A stretch of 64,000 nt of DNA from a virus. Its lineage: Duplodnaviria > Caudoviricetes. Below are positions 50,868 through 61,930 of the stretch, piece by piece (positions within the stretch are counted from its first letter, which is position 1; the number at the start of each line of letters is the position of its first letter). Below the pieces are notes generated by a model. The model ran no database searches. It was not told the DNA's origin and worked only from the letters and a program-made list of their open reading frames with translations. Location: the IMG/VR virus record IMGVR_UViG_3300022601_000013, one strand, 5' to 3'. The translations under genes and the position numbers were made by a program.

Positions 50868-50967
50868 ATAGACTACTCCTCCTTTGTTGGTAATAATAAG
50901 TATAATTAGTCATATGTATTATGTAAACATTTCTTACAGCCTGTACATACTTTTGTATCTTCTATTT

Positions 50968-52257
50968 TCATACATCTACCTCATCGTCAGCAACATCTTT
51001 GTCAAACCTGCAATCAACAAAAATCGGAAACTGTAACGATTTTTCTCCATTTTTATTTGTAGTTTCTTCTTTATATTTAATGGTAATAATGTGATTTAAA
51101 ATCTCATTAGGATTCTCTGTATAATATCTCCTCTTTTCATCATTAAAACCAGAACCAATATCAACAGTGAAATCTCCATATTTGCAACTAATAGACCCCA
51201 TTAGTCCTTTATACTTTCCTGATGTAGCAATATTTAAGTTAATACACCTTAAGTCTATTTCTTTAAAAGCCTTAACTTTGATTAGATTTTTAGTACGTTT
51301 ACATTCATAAGGAGCATCTAAAGATAACATCAAACCTTCCATATCATTCTGTTCTGCATAATCTAACCATTTCCATATTTCGGATTGATCACTACCTTCG
51401 TAAAACATATTTACAATTTCAAGATTTTCAGTTTCAAATTCTTTTAGCTTTGATAATTTTAACTTTCTTACCTTGTATGTATCTCTTGAAACACCTTCGT
51501 CAAACTCTTCTCTTGGAAGAACATCAAACAACACTAATTTTAATTCTGCTTTATCATCGCTCTTACTCTGTGCTATTCCTGTTCCTTTCTGAAAAGCCTC
51601 TGAGTCTGATAAGTTTTCACTGTTCTTATAAATAAGCTCACCATCAAATACAAACTTCCTTGCGTTAACAAGACGCTCAAGGTCGTTTTTAATATGTTCT
51701 AATCCAGAATATTTTTTACCCTGTCTTGTGTAAAAATCTCCGTCATAATAAATGCAACGATTTCCGTTTAACTTATGACTTAACGAGAACCAAGCCCCCT
51801 CTGGAATTTTAACCTTTTCAATAGATGTGCCCAACATACAATCGAATGTAGGTATAAGCCCTTTTATGCAAGAATTAACAAGCTTTGCATCAGCACCAAG
51901 CCTAAACTTCTTAGTGATCATTTGTTCGTAAAACTCCCTATCATCTTCGTGGCCACATAAAAATGCTTGAATTTCATATATATCTTCATCTTTACCTGTA
52001 TTATTTTTTATTAAATAATCCATTACATCATCAAATGAACTATTCATACACAGATAATATGGGGCTAATTCAGAGCTTGGTTCTACTTTTTTGTGTATCT
52101 TTTTATTAGATATACCAGTCACAATATTTGGACTGAGTAAAAATACCAAGCATTTTTTAAATAATTCATTATCTTTATTTGCGATAATAATTGCTTTCTT
52201 ATCGTTTAAACTGCTGGTACTTTGTATCTGTTTAAATATATTAATTACATCTGTCAT
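50968..52257 (-). CDS. ATP-dependent DNA ligase
   Basis: KLNGNR adenylation motif, DGEL, FD, EGLM, KVK, GSGF, LQFP. Confidence 0.92.
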   Translation of the reverse strand: MTDVINIFKQIQSTSSLNDKKAIIIANKDNELFKKCLVFLLSPNIVTGISNKKIHKKVEPSSELAPYYLCMNSSFDDVMDYLIKNNTGKDEDIYEIQAFLCGHEDDREFYEQMITKKFRLGADAKLVNSCIKGLIPTFDCMLGTSIEKVKIPEGAWFSLSHKLNGNRCIYYDGDFYTRQGKKYSGLEHIKNDLERLVNARKFVFDGELIYKNSENLSDSEAFQKGTGIAQSKSDDKAELKLVLFDVLPREEFDEGVSRDTYKVRKLKLSKLKEFETENLEIVNMFYEGSDQSEIWKWLDYAEQNDMEGLMLSLDAPYECKRTKNLIKVKAFKEIDLRCINLNIATSGKYKGLMGSISCKYGDFTVDIGSGFNDEKRRYYTENPNEILNHIITIKYKEETTNKNGEKSLQFPIFVDCRFDKDVADDEVDV

Positions 52258-52531
52258 TATCTTGCTCCTTTTCACTGTTTAATTCTAATTGGTTGTCCCA
52301 CTCATCACTGGCATCTTGTGTTTTAAAATAAATTATTACAGCAACTGTATCATTATCAACAGTGCACTTTTCATGTTTGTCGTAGAAATATCCTACTGGA
52401 GTTTCAATATAAACATTATCCCAAATTCCTGCGCTTTTGTTATGAATTTCTATTGTGTCGTAGTCACTATCACACGCTGACAAACTCAAGCAGCTAAGTA
52501 AAGCCAAAACTAATAATAGTATTTTTTTCAT
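52241..52531 (-). CDS. lipoprotein
   Basis: Signal peptide with LSAC lipobox. Confidence 0.7.
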   Translation of the reverse strand: MKKILLLVLALLSCLSLSACDSDYDTIEIHNKSAGIWDNVYIETPVGYFYDKHEKCTVDNDTVAVIIYFKTQDASDEWDNQLELNSEKEQDNDRCN

Positions 52532-53097
52532 TTTACCGCCTCCTTTTTCATTTGATTTTTATATATGTAAATATAAAATATATTATCAACAGCATTTCCT
52601 ACAGTAGCCACCCATAACATTGATATAAAATCAAGCTTTAATATCATAGCTAAAACAGAGCCGATAATAGTTGCTACTGCACTTGCTGAATTATCGCTGT
52701 TGTCGAAATGCTCTCTTGCTGTTTCGGTACTGTATCTTAATGCCCTCAGCTTCACACCGCCGCAACAGATGTTTCTTGTAACAATTGCGAATATCAGCGT
52801 GTCCATTATATAATAAGCCAATATATTATCTGTTGTAACAGCTACAACTGTTGATGATACACTTAACAATGTTTCCAATATACAAAACGTAGGATAAAAT
52901 TTAAATAGTTTGTGTGATAGTTTGTTCCAAACAGAACCAAAGAATACTATAGATATGCAATTTATGATCTGACTCAGTGCGATAACCGTTTCTGATACAT
53001 TTGATATGATTACCTTATGTATAAATGGATATGATGCTGAATAGAATAGTGTTGTTATAAATGTAGCAAGCAACATTCCGTCAAGTTTTCGTTTCAT
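52528..53097 (-). CDS. multi-pass membrane protein (half-MFS-like)
   Basis: About six hydrophobic segments. Confidence 0.6.
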   Translation of the reverse strand: MKRKLDGMLLATFITTLFYSASYPFIHKVIISNVSETVIALSQIINCISIVFFGSVWNKLSHKLFKFYPTFCILETLLSVSSTVVAVTTDNILAYYIMDTLIFAIVTRNICCGGVKLRALRYSTETAREHFDNSDNSASAVATIIGSVLAMILKLDFISMLWVATVGNAVDNIFYIYIYKNQMKKEAVK

Positions 53098-53110
53098 TTT
53101 TTAATTCTCC

Positions 53111-55615
53111 TTATTCAATAAACCTTGGATTGCCTAAACAATATGCATTGCTTTCATATTCAAGATATCCATGTCTTTCTAAGGTCTCAATAGTAATCTT
53201 TAACGCTTCAACATATTCTCTATGTTCTCTACGCTCAGAAGTCTCCCAATGATCATCAACATAATCTTTCGCTTGATTATATTTAAACTTCCAGTATTCA
53301 AGTGCGTTTTTAACTGTCATATAAATCTTCACCTCTCAAGTCAGTATAGTTTTTAATCTGAATGTCACATTCACAACATCCATCGAAGAATAAATTGATT
53401 GTACCTTCTTCTTTTAATTCAACACTTATTGCAGGATGCCTTAATGCCTCCTTTAACACACTAAATAAATGTTCGCTTTTTGTATCATGGTTGTCACCAT
53501 CTTCACTATCATCATCATTACATCCACACAAATCAATTATATCTCCATCTGGTGTGCGGTAATAAAAATGCTGCTTGCCATCATTACCAACGTTATATAT
53601 ATATCTTTTTGTGTCGCTTGTACAATTTTTGTTTCTGTTATTTTTAAAAGTGTCAAACAGTATATATACCACAAGACAAACGAGCAATAATAGCCCAAAT
53701 CCAACCAATGTCCAACCGCTAATCATTATTACTACCAATCCTTTCATTCCAATTAAAGTTTTTCTAATTCGTTTAACAACGCTTCAATTTTTCTTTGTCT
53801 TATATCAGTAAGTGCCTGTAAATCCTCATCTGATAACTCAAATATCAAATCATTTGATTGATAGCCTTTAGGCACACGGAGCACAAAACAAGAGCGATGT
53901 TTTTTTACCCTTTCAAGCAGTCTGCTTATATATCCATATTTTTTATTGCTTTCTTCATACATTTTACGATTTGTTATATATCTCGGAAATTCTTCGATTT
54001 CGTTTTTTAAAGCTTCAATCTGATTTTTGATTTCGGTTGCTTTTAATAGTGTTTTTTCATTCAACTTCTTCACCGCCTGTCATTTCTTTTACAAGGTTGT
54101 CGATGTCTTTGCTATCAATAGTAACAACAACATCTGCAATTTCAAATTTCTCTTTTAGCTTCTCCGCAAACTCTCTGATTGTGTTTCTTTTCAAAATTTC
54201 TTTCGCTTCTTTATATAATTCGTGATATTTTTCTTCTGCTCTTTTGCAAACAATAGAAATATTTTCTTCGTGTTCTTTTAAACTTTCAATCTCCGCTTGC
54301 TGACGTTTGATTAAATCATAAGCTTTCTTTGTAAGCACAGAACGACACATTGATACGTCTTCAAAAGGACAGTTAGGTGTATCAACGGCACAGAGTTGTG
54401 TATTAATACAATACTCCAAAGCCCTAATAATCTCTGCATCGGTCATTTTCTTCTACCTCGCTTTCAAGTTCATTTAACATTTTTAATGCTTCGTGTCTTT
54501 GGTTTTGTAATTTTGTTTGCCAAACACAATCCAAATAATTCATAGTCACTGCTATTAACCACGCTAATGGTATTGCTAATGGTGGTATCATTTCTATCAC
54601 CGTTCAACTCCTTCCCTTTCACTTAACAACTTTCACATTGCTAAAATCAAATTTAGGATGTTCTTCAAGTTGTTGATTACATTTATTAATAGCTTCTGCT
54701 AATGTGTTATCTGCTTCGCTTTCTAACCAGTCTTTAAAACATAAACTGCAATTGTAATCTATATTAGGATATTTACATTCAGCCATTCCGTACATACAAT
54801 CAACACCATAAGCACAGTTGACTTTCATAAGGAATAATGAGAGTTCTTCAATACTCATCGCTTTAATCTTTTCAAAGTTAGTCATCTTTGCAGGAGAATA
54901 ATAAGTGCATTTTTCAAGGTCGTGCTTACATTCCTTTTTACATCGCTGACATAAATTCATTCAATCATCTTTCCTCTTCTTTCTTTTCAATGTAGATTTT
55001 TGGCATACAATCATAATAAGATTGTTTGTTGAGTTCTGTAAAAATCATATTGAGGAACTTATATTCATCTTCTGTTAAGTCAAAGGTGTTACAAGTTTCG
55101 TCATCACATCCGATATTAGTAATTTCGTAAAGACTCATTTATATTCACCTCACATAAAATGTTTATTTAATCTTCCTCATCACAATCAGGGCAATCAGGT
55201 TCTTCAAGTTCCATTCCTAAAATACAGCCAACTTCATAAGCAGCCCAGCTTGTTCCTGAATTATAACCGTCATCAAAACAATCAGCATAATTGCCTTCTG
55301 AACGCTCGTAAGTCCAACCAGTTGTGTACTGTTCGTAGTTATTCTTTACCCACTGTTCAAGTTTTTCTTTAATTTCATTACTCATAATTATATCTCCTTT
55401 TAATCATTTAAAAATTTTTCAATTTCATCGTGTAGTTTATGTTTATAACAAGTGTTATTTTCTAATTCTGACTTATAGCATTTATCAGGAAAATAACAAC
55501 AACTTCTACATTTGTCTTTTCTAACATCTATCAAAAGCTCTTGTATATAAGATTTTGCTTTGTTTAGCTTATCTTCGTAATACTTGATATTGTTAGTATT
55601 TTCCATAAACATCAC
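53111..55615 (-). other. cluster of small hypothetical genes (53111-53332, 53310-53747, 53753-54073, 54057-54446, 54619-54960, 55167-55385, 55400-55615)
   Basis: Tightly packed co-oriented ORFs with RBSs; no recognisable domains. Confidence 0.6.
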
Positions 55616-55638
55616 TTACCTTTCGTTTATTTATAGCA

Positions 55639-57219
55639 TTACCACATTAATTCAGACTTTTTTTTCTTTGAACGTGGTAGCAGTATTCCACCTGGGCTTT
55701 CTTCGTACCATGTATTTAAATTCAAATCACTATTCAATAAATACATATATTTGCCACCTCTTCTATTTTTAATTGTTTTAATACCAGTGTAATGCTGTGT
55801 ATCATCCAAAGCAATTTTTTCATCTTTTGTTTTAATTATGTAGTTATCACAATCTTCTTTTTCAAAATGTTTAAAAACTATCGCTTCGTCTAACAACTGA
55901 AACACATACGAACTAACAGCTATATTAGAGCTGTCTATTTCTTCTAATTGCCTTTCAAGTGCTCCATTGTTTAACTGAAGAGTTAAAATTAAATATTTGT
56001 TAAGGAATTTATTAAGCTCTGACATAATAGATACAGTTCTTAGCATATCTGCAAAATTATCAATTTGTTTATCACTGCTTGTTTTAGCCGTATCATAAGC
56101 CAACACATCGCAGTTTTTACTAAGAGATAGCTGTCTCATAGTTCTTGTTATAATCTGGTCGGTGTATCCAGAGCATAAATCCTTAAATAAAAAATCTCCC
56201 TTACCATTCTTTTTTTTGTCTTCAAACCATTTTAATACACTAATAACACTACGATATTCAGCAGATTCTTTTTCAATTCTTTTTCTAAATTGCTCAACAG
56301 TTTCATCCCAACACCCATTTATATCAGTTTTTCTTTTAATGATTTCTCCATTCGAATCCTTATACCATCCTGAAGTAAAACGTTTTTGTGGCATTGACAA
56401 TTCTTCACCATGAATTTTTTGTATTTTTTTAGAATTAAATGAAGCAGTAAGCACAGCGTTTTTCATACTTTTTTCATTCATTTCGTTTGACATTAAACCA
56501 ACTGTTAAATCTTCGCATGCAAATAAATGTGCCAATATATAACTTAACATTCTTCCTTTACCACTGTTTGAAAGACCACATATTCCAAGGGTATCTCCGT
56601 TACACCCACCAAGAAACTCAGAGTTCATAAAACTAAAACACATATTATATCCTTGTTCTGGTGCGTCAAGATATTCATTTGCAAGACTTGACACATCCGA
56701 TGTAAGTGATACAGGGTCGTCAATGTTACTTAGCGTACTATTACATATAGTATCAACTCTTCCTCTGATTAAGCCAGCCACTTTCTCAGCTGACAACGAA
56801 TCAAATTTAGGATGTGATAGTATCTTTTCAACGTCATATCCGTCCTTGTTTAACGCTCTAAGGACACTCCATTTTTTAAGAATATCAACCTGTCTTTTCA
56901 TTTCATCGGTAGAGTTAACTGAAAATTTCATAAACTCATTAATTGTTTTAAAAAATCCATACTTTTTGTAGCCGCTTAACATTCCTGTGTTTTGGCTTAC
57001 ATACATATTTACTTTTTGTTCTGTTACTTCTGTAGAATATTCATTAACATAGTTGTTTAATAACGCATGAAAAAACTTACATGCTGGATCATGAAAGTCT
57101 TTATTGTTTATAACATCAGCATAATCAAAAGCAAACGTTTCTGTATTGTTCCACAGCGAACCAATAATTATCATTTCTGTTTGCGTATTATATAATTCTA
57201 TTTCCATATTTTCATCCAT
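55639..57219 (-). CDS. DnaB-like SF4 replicative helicase
   Basis: GLSNSGKGR Walker A, SNEM, YD, QLN, KNRRG. Confidence 0.88.
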   Translation of the reverse strand: MDENMEIELYNTQTEMIIIGSLWNNTETFAFDYADVINNKDFHDPACKFFHALLNNYVNEYSTEVTEQKVNMYVSQNTGMLSGYKKYGFFKTINEFMKFSVNSTDEMKRQVDILKKWSVLRALNKDGYDVEKILSHPKFDSLSAEKVAGLIRGRVDTICNSTLSNIDDPVSLTSDVSSLANEYLDAPEQGYNMCFSFMNSEFLGGCNGDTLGICGLSNSGKGRMLSYILAHLFACEDLTVGLMSNEMNEKSMKNAVLTASFNSKKIQKIHGEELSMPQKRFTSGWYKDSNGEIIKRKTDINGCWDETVEQFRKRIEKESAEYRSVISVLKWFEDKKKNGKGDFLFKDLCSGYTDQIITRTMRQLSLSKNCDVLAYDTAKTSSDKQIDNFADMLRTVSIMSELNKFLNKYLILTLQLNNGALERQLEEIDSSNIAVSSYVFQLLDEAIVFKHFEKEDCDNYIIKTKDEKIALDDTQHYTGIKTIKNRRGGKYMYLLNSDLNLNTWYEESPGGILLPRSKKKKSELMW

Positions 57220-57234
57220 AAGCTCGCCTCCATT

Positions 57235-57819
57235 TTAATATATATTTGAAAAATACTCATCTGCTTCACGATTAAACTTATCTGTACTTAGCTGCTCTTC
57301 ATTTACTTGTTTAATATAATCTGGTATTTTTTTTATTAGGATAGCCAAATCATAGAATAACCTATCTGAGTCATTTGTTGGGCCTTTGTTGTTGTTTTTA
57401 TTGTATTTATCTATATTATCTAAATTATGCTGTCCCCATTTCCATACATCTAAAAGCAATTTAGTTTTAACTGGTCTACATACTTTTCCTTTATACTTTC
57501 CTATCGACAGCTCGCTAACAATCATCATAAATCTTTTAGGAACTTCTATAATATTATAATTTGATAACAAATGTATATTTAACTGTTCCTTATATGTTAC
57601 ATCTCTTAAATATGTTATTGTATCTCTTTCTATTACATTAAAACTTTTCAATGCCTGTTCCCATTTTGTTTTTTTGCATCGTTTTGACATTAATTTTGTA
57701 TTGCATAATGCTTTAAAACATAAAGAATGATAGAATTTATCATCATATCTTATTATTCCACAAGTGCTATCAACATTAAATTCTATCAGTTTTCCACATT
57801 GAGCACATTTTCTAAACAT
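57235..57819 (-). CDS. zinc-binding replication-associated protein (possible helicase loader)
   Basis: CAQC...HSLC; directly upstream of helicase. Confidence 0.55.
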   Translation of the reverse strand: MFRKCAQCGKLIEFNVDSTCGIIRYDDKFYHSLCFKALCNTKLMSKRCKKTKWEQALKSFNVIERDTITYLRDVTYKEQLNIHLLSNYNIIEVPKRFMMIVSELSIGKYKGKVCRPVKTKLLLDVWKWGQHNLDNIDKYNKNNNKGPTNDSDRLFYDLAILIKKIPDYIKQVNEEQLSTDKFNREADEYFSNIY

Positions 57820-57850
57820 AACCCTTTCCTCCTGTAAATTATCTGCTTAC

Positions 57851-57879
57851 ATTATACCATATTAATTTTGTATTGTCAA
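57851..57879 (-). promoter_or_regulatory. sigmaA promoter with conserved box
   Basis: TTGACA-ATACAAAATTAATATGG-TATAAT. Confidence 0.85.
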
Positions 57880-57926
57880 TAGCATATGGACATTTTATAA
57901 ATTTTTAACAATATAAGTTAAGAAAA

Positions 57927-57959
57927 TAATAAGGTCAAGATATACTTGACCTTATTATA
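57927..57959 (-). terminator. terminator hairpin
   Basis: ataataaggtcaag-atata-cttgaccttattat. Confidence 0.7.
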
Positions 57960-57973
57960 AACTACTTTATTGT

Positions 57974-59179
57974 TTATGCATTTACGATTTCAAGAACCTT
58001 ATTTAAAACAGAAGTATCTTCAATCTTATTATAAGAAATAGGAAGCCCTGCGTCTGTAAGCTTTTTCTTCATTTCAGCTTTTTCTGGAGGAGTCATAGCC
58101 TTAATTTTTGATGTGATTTCAGCCTTAATATCTGCCAAATCAGAGTCTGCACTGTTATCAAAAGATGTTTCATTTTCATTAGACTTAATCTTTTTAGCTT
58201 CGCTCTTACTTAATGATTTTGATGCGTTGCTCATAACTTCTGCGGCATATATTTCGTTTTCTGTTTCAACTGCACTGTTAAGAGAATTGCTAAGAACAAA
58301 ATCCTTTTTGCCTTTATTGCCATCAATAAGAACTTGCCAATCAAGAAGCTGTGGATCTACAAGAGTTTCTTCAGGATGTACATTAGTTCTATCTTTCTGA
58401 ACATAGGCACACACTTCATTATCTTCGTTTCTAAAGAATCTAATTACAGTATGGAAGTTATACTCAAGACCCTTAAAGCCCATAGGAATAACCTTGCCTG
58501 TAGGCACAGAAACAACAGTTTCCTGTCCGTTTGAAACAATTGTCTTACTTACTGTTTCAGGCTTTTCTCTTGCTGTTAAAATTGTATGAACGCCAGTGCC
58601 AAGAAGAGATAACGAAAGATTTGCACCCTTGTATGAGATTGCACCCCAGTCACGAGTTTCAAGCGAGCTGCCCTCAATACTTACAAGCTTTTCGTCTCCA
58701 ACAAGACCCTTTTTATCAGCTCTTACTCTTGCTCTCTTTTTGCTGAACTCAAGTAGTCCCTGTTGTGCAGCGGTATGAAGAACTGTAGAACCGTCTACAA
58801 TAAGCACGTCAGCTCTAAACGGATTACCATCTGCGTCCATTACCACTTCATCAGTTTCGTTTCCATCATCATCAAGAACGTAAAAATCTTCTCTGTTTTT
58901 AACCTTTTCAATATAGTCAAACACTTCTCCAAGGCTCTGTGTGTATACAATATAGATATTTCTTAAGTCAACCCCATTTGACTCCATTATATCAAGATAA
59001 TTGTCTATACTACCACTTTCTGCATCAATAAACAAAATCTTCATTGGTGAACCATCTTCGTTTTTAAGGTACGCTGCCTGAGAAGCAAACGTACTTTTTC
59101 CCATAAATGATTCTCCATAAAGTAACATATTAATTTTCTTCTTTGCACCACTTGCAATTCTTGCTCTTGCCATAACCAA
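57974..59179 (-). CDS. AAA ATPase (Sak4/AAA_24-like recombination protein)
   Basis: GESFMGKSTF, FIDAESG, IVDG, TAREK, KDRT. Confidence 0.8.
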   Translation of the reverse strand: MVMARARIASGAKKKINMLLYGESFMGKSTFASQAAYLKNEDGSPMKILFIDAESGSIDNYLDIMESNGVDLRNIYIVYTQSLGEVFDYIEKVKNREDFYVLDDDGNETDEVVMDADGNPFRADVLIVDGSTVLHTAAQQGLLEFSKKRARVRADKKGLVGDEKLVSIEGSSLETRDWGAISYKGANLSLSLLGTGVHTILTAREKPETVSKTIVSNGQETVVSVPTGKVIPMGFKGLEYNFHTVIRFFRNEDNEVCAYVQKDRTNVHPEETLVDPQLLDWQVLIDGNKGKKDFVLSNSLNSAVETENEIYAAEVMSNASKSLSKSEAKKIKSNENETSFDNSADSDLADIKAEITSKIKAMTPPEKAEMKKKLTDAGLPISYNKIEDTSVLNKVLEIVNA

Positions 59180-59216
59180 TCATTCTCCTTGTCTATTTTA
59201 TATAATTAATTGTTGT

Positions 59217-60290
59217 TTATTCCCATGGAAGATCATCGTCGTCATCTTCGTCGTCGCCCCAATCATCTTCAGACTGCTTTGTACTACCGCTATTGAAGTT
59301 CTTTTCTGCTGTCTTAGAATTTCTTACTGCCTTAATAGCTTCTTCTACATTTTTTTCTGTATATGTTTCTTTGTCAATAGTAGAAGGCGAAGCACCAGTA
59401 ATAACCATTTCAATTCTTGTTGGAGCTGAAACTCTATTCATAGCGTTTGATTCGCCCCAACCATCATCTTCGATTACTTCCTCAACAACATGTGTAACTT
59501 CTATATGACCGTGAACATCAAGTGAATAGTATGGCTTAAGGTTCTTTTTAAAGAGACTTGCAAGCTTTGTATCCACAATAATAAATTCAGTAGCTACAAC
59601 ATCATTGTATGTCACAATATATGCTGACACTACAAATCTACCAGTTTCTCTGCCATCATTTGTTTCCTTTTCAATGCCATTGAACACGATTGTCTGAGTA
59701 AAATCATTAACAGGTTTAGTATCAATATAATCATACTCATCAAAGTTTACTTCCTTGCAAAGTGAAATCTGTTCAGGAACATACTTAGTTGATCTTCTGA
59801 TATCACCGTTATTGTCAATGTAGCTACTAAAATCAATCTTGCCTTTAATAAATACTGATGCATCATCTTCAAGGTTATTTGCGATATATTCGCAAGCATC
59901 AAATTCTACCATAACCTTTTTATCATTAACTACCTTACCGTCTTCGTCTGTTGTCTTTGTAATTCCAAGACGTGTACCAATCAAATTAAATCCATCTTCT
60001 TCAAATGTATATCTGTTTTTCCATGGAACTGCTTTAGTTTCTGTCTTCTTTGCTTTCTGGTCTCTCTTAGAGAAGTAAACATTCTCTCTTGGCATACCTG
60101 TAAGGTTGACATACATACTCTTCTGCTTGTCAAATTCACAACCAAAGTTTACTGCTCTAAAATCAGAACCTGTTGATGTCTTCTTTTCTGTGTAAAACTT
60201 TTCCTTCTGTGTTCCATTTACAATACCCTTGCACTGAAATTTTCCCTGTGTCTGTGGAAGTTCAATAATTCTGTTTGCCATAATCGTCAT
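59217..60290 (-). CDS. single-stranded DNA-binding protein-like
   Basis: Beta-rich; acidic tail DDEDDDDDLPWE; next to recombination ATPase. Confidence 0.65.
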   Translation of the reverse strand: MTIMANRIIELPQTQGKFQCKGIVNGTQKEKFYTEKKTSTGSDFRAVNFGCEFDKQKSMYVNLTGMPRENVYFSKRDQKAKKTETKAVPWKNRYTFEEDGFNLIGTRLGITKTTDEDGKVVNDKKVMVEFDACEYIANNLEDDASVFIKGKIDFSSYIDNNGDIRRSTKYVPEQISLCKEVNFDEYDYIDTKPVNDFTQTIVFNGIEKETNDGRETGRFVVSAYIVTYNDVVATEFIIVDTKLASLFKKNLKPYYSLDVHGHIEVTHVVEEVIEDDGWGESNAMNRVSAPTRIEMVITGASPSTIDKETYTEKNVEEAIKAVRNSKTAEKNFNSGSTKQSEDDWGDDEDDDDDLPWE

Positions 60291-60333
60291 TTCTCCTTTT
60301 TAAATAAATTAATTTTGTATTGTATATTAATAA

Positions 60334-60543
60334 TTAATAATACCTTGAGTCAAGATTTATATCCATATATATGTACTTATCTTCTTCGTTTTGTCCCAAG
60401 TTTAAATGCGTTGTAGCTTCGCAACAATTAGGACAAAACGATTTCAGATAATCTTTCTCAAATGGAATATAATCATTTATGTAATGTACATTGCCACACT
60501 GTGTGCACTGCACATATGTTTTACAATCTGATTTATTGTACAC
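60334..60543 (-). CDS. zinc-ribbon protein
   Basis: CTQC...CPNC. Confidence 0.6.
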   Translation of the reverse strand: MYNKSDCKTYVQCTQCGNVHYINDYIPFEKDYLKSFCPNCCEATTHLNLGQNEEDKYIYMDINLDSRYY

Positions 60544-60606
60544 ATAGCACCTCTCCTTTCTACGAAATTAACATTGGTTTAACTGCCTATGCTTTAATCT
60601 ATATAC

Positions 60607-60635
60607 ATTATACCATATTAATTTTGTATTGTCAA
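60607..60635 (-). promoter_or_regulatory. sigmaA promoter with conserved box
   Basis: TTGACA-ATACAAAATTAATATGG-TATAAT. Confidence 0.85.
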
Positions 60636-60669
60636 GAGGTTTAAAAAAATTTATTTTTTTAACTAAAAG

Positions 60670-60954
60670 TTAAATTTTTGTAATTGTAATTGTCATAACG
60701 TCGTCTGCAAAATAATATTTATTTTTATTTATACCACATTTAACAATTTTATCTTTTTTTATATACACTTTATGTTCTTCAATCTCAAAACCCAATTCGC
60801 TTTTACTGTTAATAAGATTTAAATTGCATCTTATTTTTTGTGGACCATACAGAAGGTGTGTGATGTCAACTTGCACACACTTTCCACTTAATTCCACTAA
60901 TGCATTTGTTAACTCTTTTGTACTTAGATTCAATTTAATATATCCCCCTAACAT
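60670..60954 (-). CDS. hypothetical protein
   Basis: ORF downstream of the recombinase-like genes. Confidence 0.5.
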   Translation of the reverse strand: MLGGYIKLNLSTKELTNALVELSGKCVQVDITHLLYGPQKIRCNLNLINSKSELGFEIEEHKVYIKKDKIVKCGINKNKYYFADDVMTITITKI

Positions 60955-60977
60955 ATAAATTTATTTTGCAGCATTAA

Positions 60978-61895
60978 TTATATATACATCTTGTATGTTT
61001 GAATAACGTTTCCAACTCTATATTTAGATGTATATCCATATCTGTCCATTAAATTGCACCCTTTATCAGTAAGTAGAAATTCTTTTATTCCTAACCCAGA
61101 TTCTTTAAGACCTTGTTTTAGATAGTGTAGAAATCCAGCAGAAGATATCCCCTTCATTGTTAGTTCTTCTATTCCAAGATAATCACGAATTACTTGAATT
61201 TTTCTATAACAAGCTCTAAATTTCTTGTCGTCAGTATCAAGTGAGCCTATACAATTATCTCGTTCTTTAAAGAGCTTTCCTTTTCCTATAAGTTTTTTAA
61301 CTCTCATAGTTGAACCATAAGTAGCATATGTTTCTTCATTAAATGCCTTTTCTAATAAATGAACAAGTCTGTCATCAATATCAAAAACTCTTCCATCTGG
61401 GAACATTAAACATTTATTTTTTTTATCAAGCATATTTTCATCTAAACCTGTCAAGTCTATCATAGATGGACCATTTATGCCGCTAAACAAAGCGTGAATT
61501 ATTGCAGCGTCCGTATAATTTAACAAGCTATCCTCTATTTCGAAAATCTCTTCTGCGGACATTATGCGGCTTGCATTTTTATCTACACACAATTTAACCT
61601 CGTCAAATGTAATATTGTTATATGCATTCTCAATTGCAAGTTTGTTATAATATTTGTTCCATTCACAATATGCTTTTAGGATAACATTATTGTTTAATAA
61701 TGAAATTGCTGATCTTGATTTAAATGATTCATACATTTGAAGAATTTCGTCTTTAGTAAAATAGCAGGCATCTTTTGCCAATTTTCTTTCAAACTGCTCA
61801 ATCTTTCTAAACAAACCATATATTGATGTTTTTGCAACAACACGACTTCTCATGTAATCCTCTATAAATCTTTCTTTTAAATCACCTTCATACAT
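60978..61895 (-). CDS. degenerate tyrosine-recombinase-fold protein, MrpR/YopR-like repressor candidate
   Basis: Integrase-like architecture, but LFSGING replaces GxR and LTMKGISSAG replaces HxLR; position resembles SPbeta. Confidence 0.65.
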   Translation of the reverse strand: MYEGDLKERFIEDYMRSRVVAKTSIYGLFRKIEQFERKLAKDACYFTKDEILQMYESFKSRSAISLLNNNVILKAYCEWNKYYNKLAIENAYNNITFDEVKLCVDKNASRIMSAEEIFEIEDSLLNYTDAAIIHALFSGINGPSMIDLTGLDENMLDKKNKCLMFPDGRVFDIDDRLVHLLEKAFNEETYATYGSTMRVKKLIGKGKLFKERDNCIGSLDTDDKKFRACYRKIQVIRDYLGIEELTMKGISSAGFLHYLKQGLKESGLGIKEFLLTDKGCNLMDRYGYTSKYRVGNVIQTYKMYI

Positions 61896-61930
61896 TTTAT
61901 TATTTATTCCTCCTTGTTTTTATAATTAAT

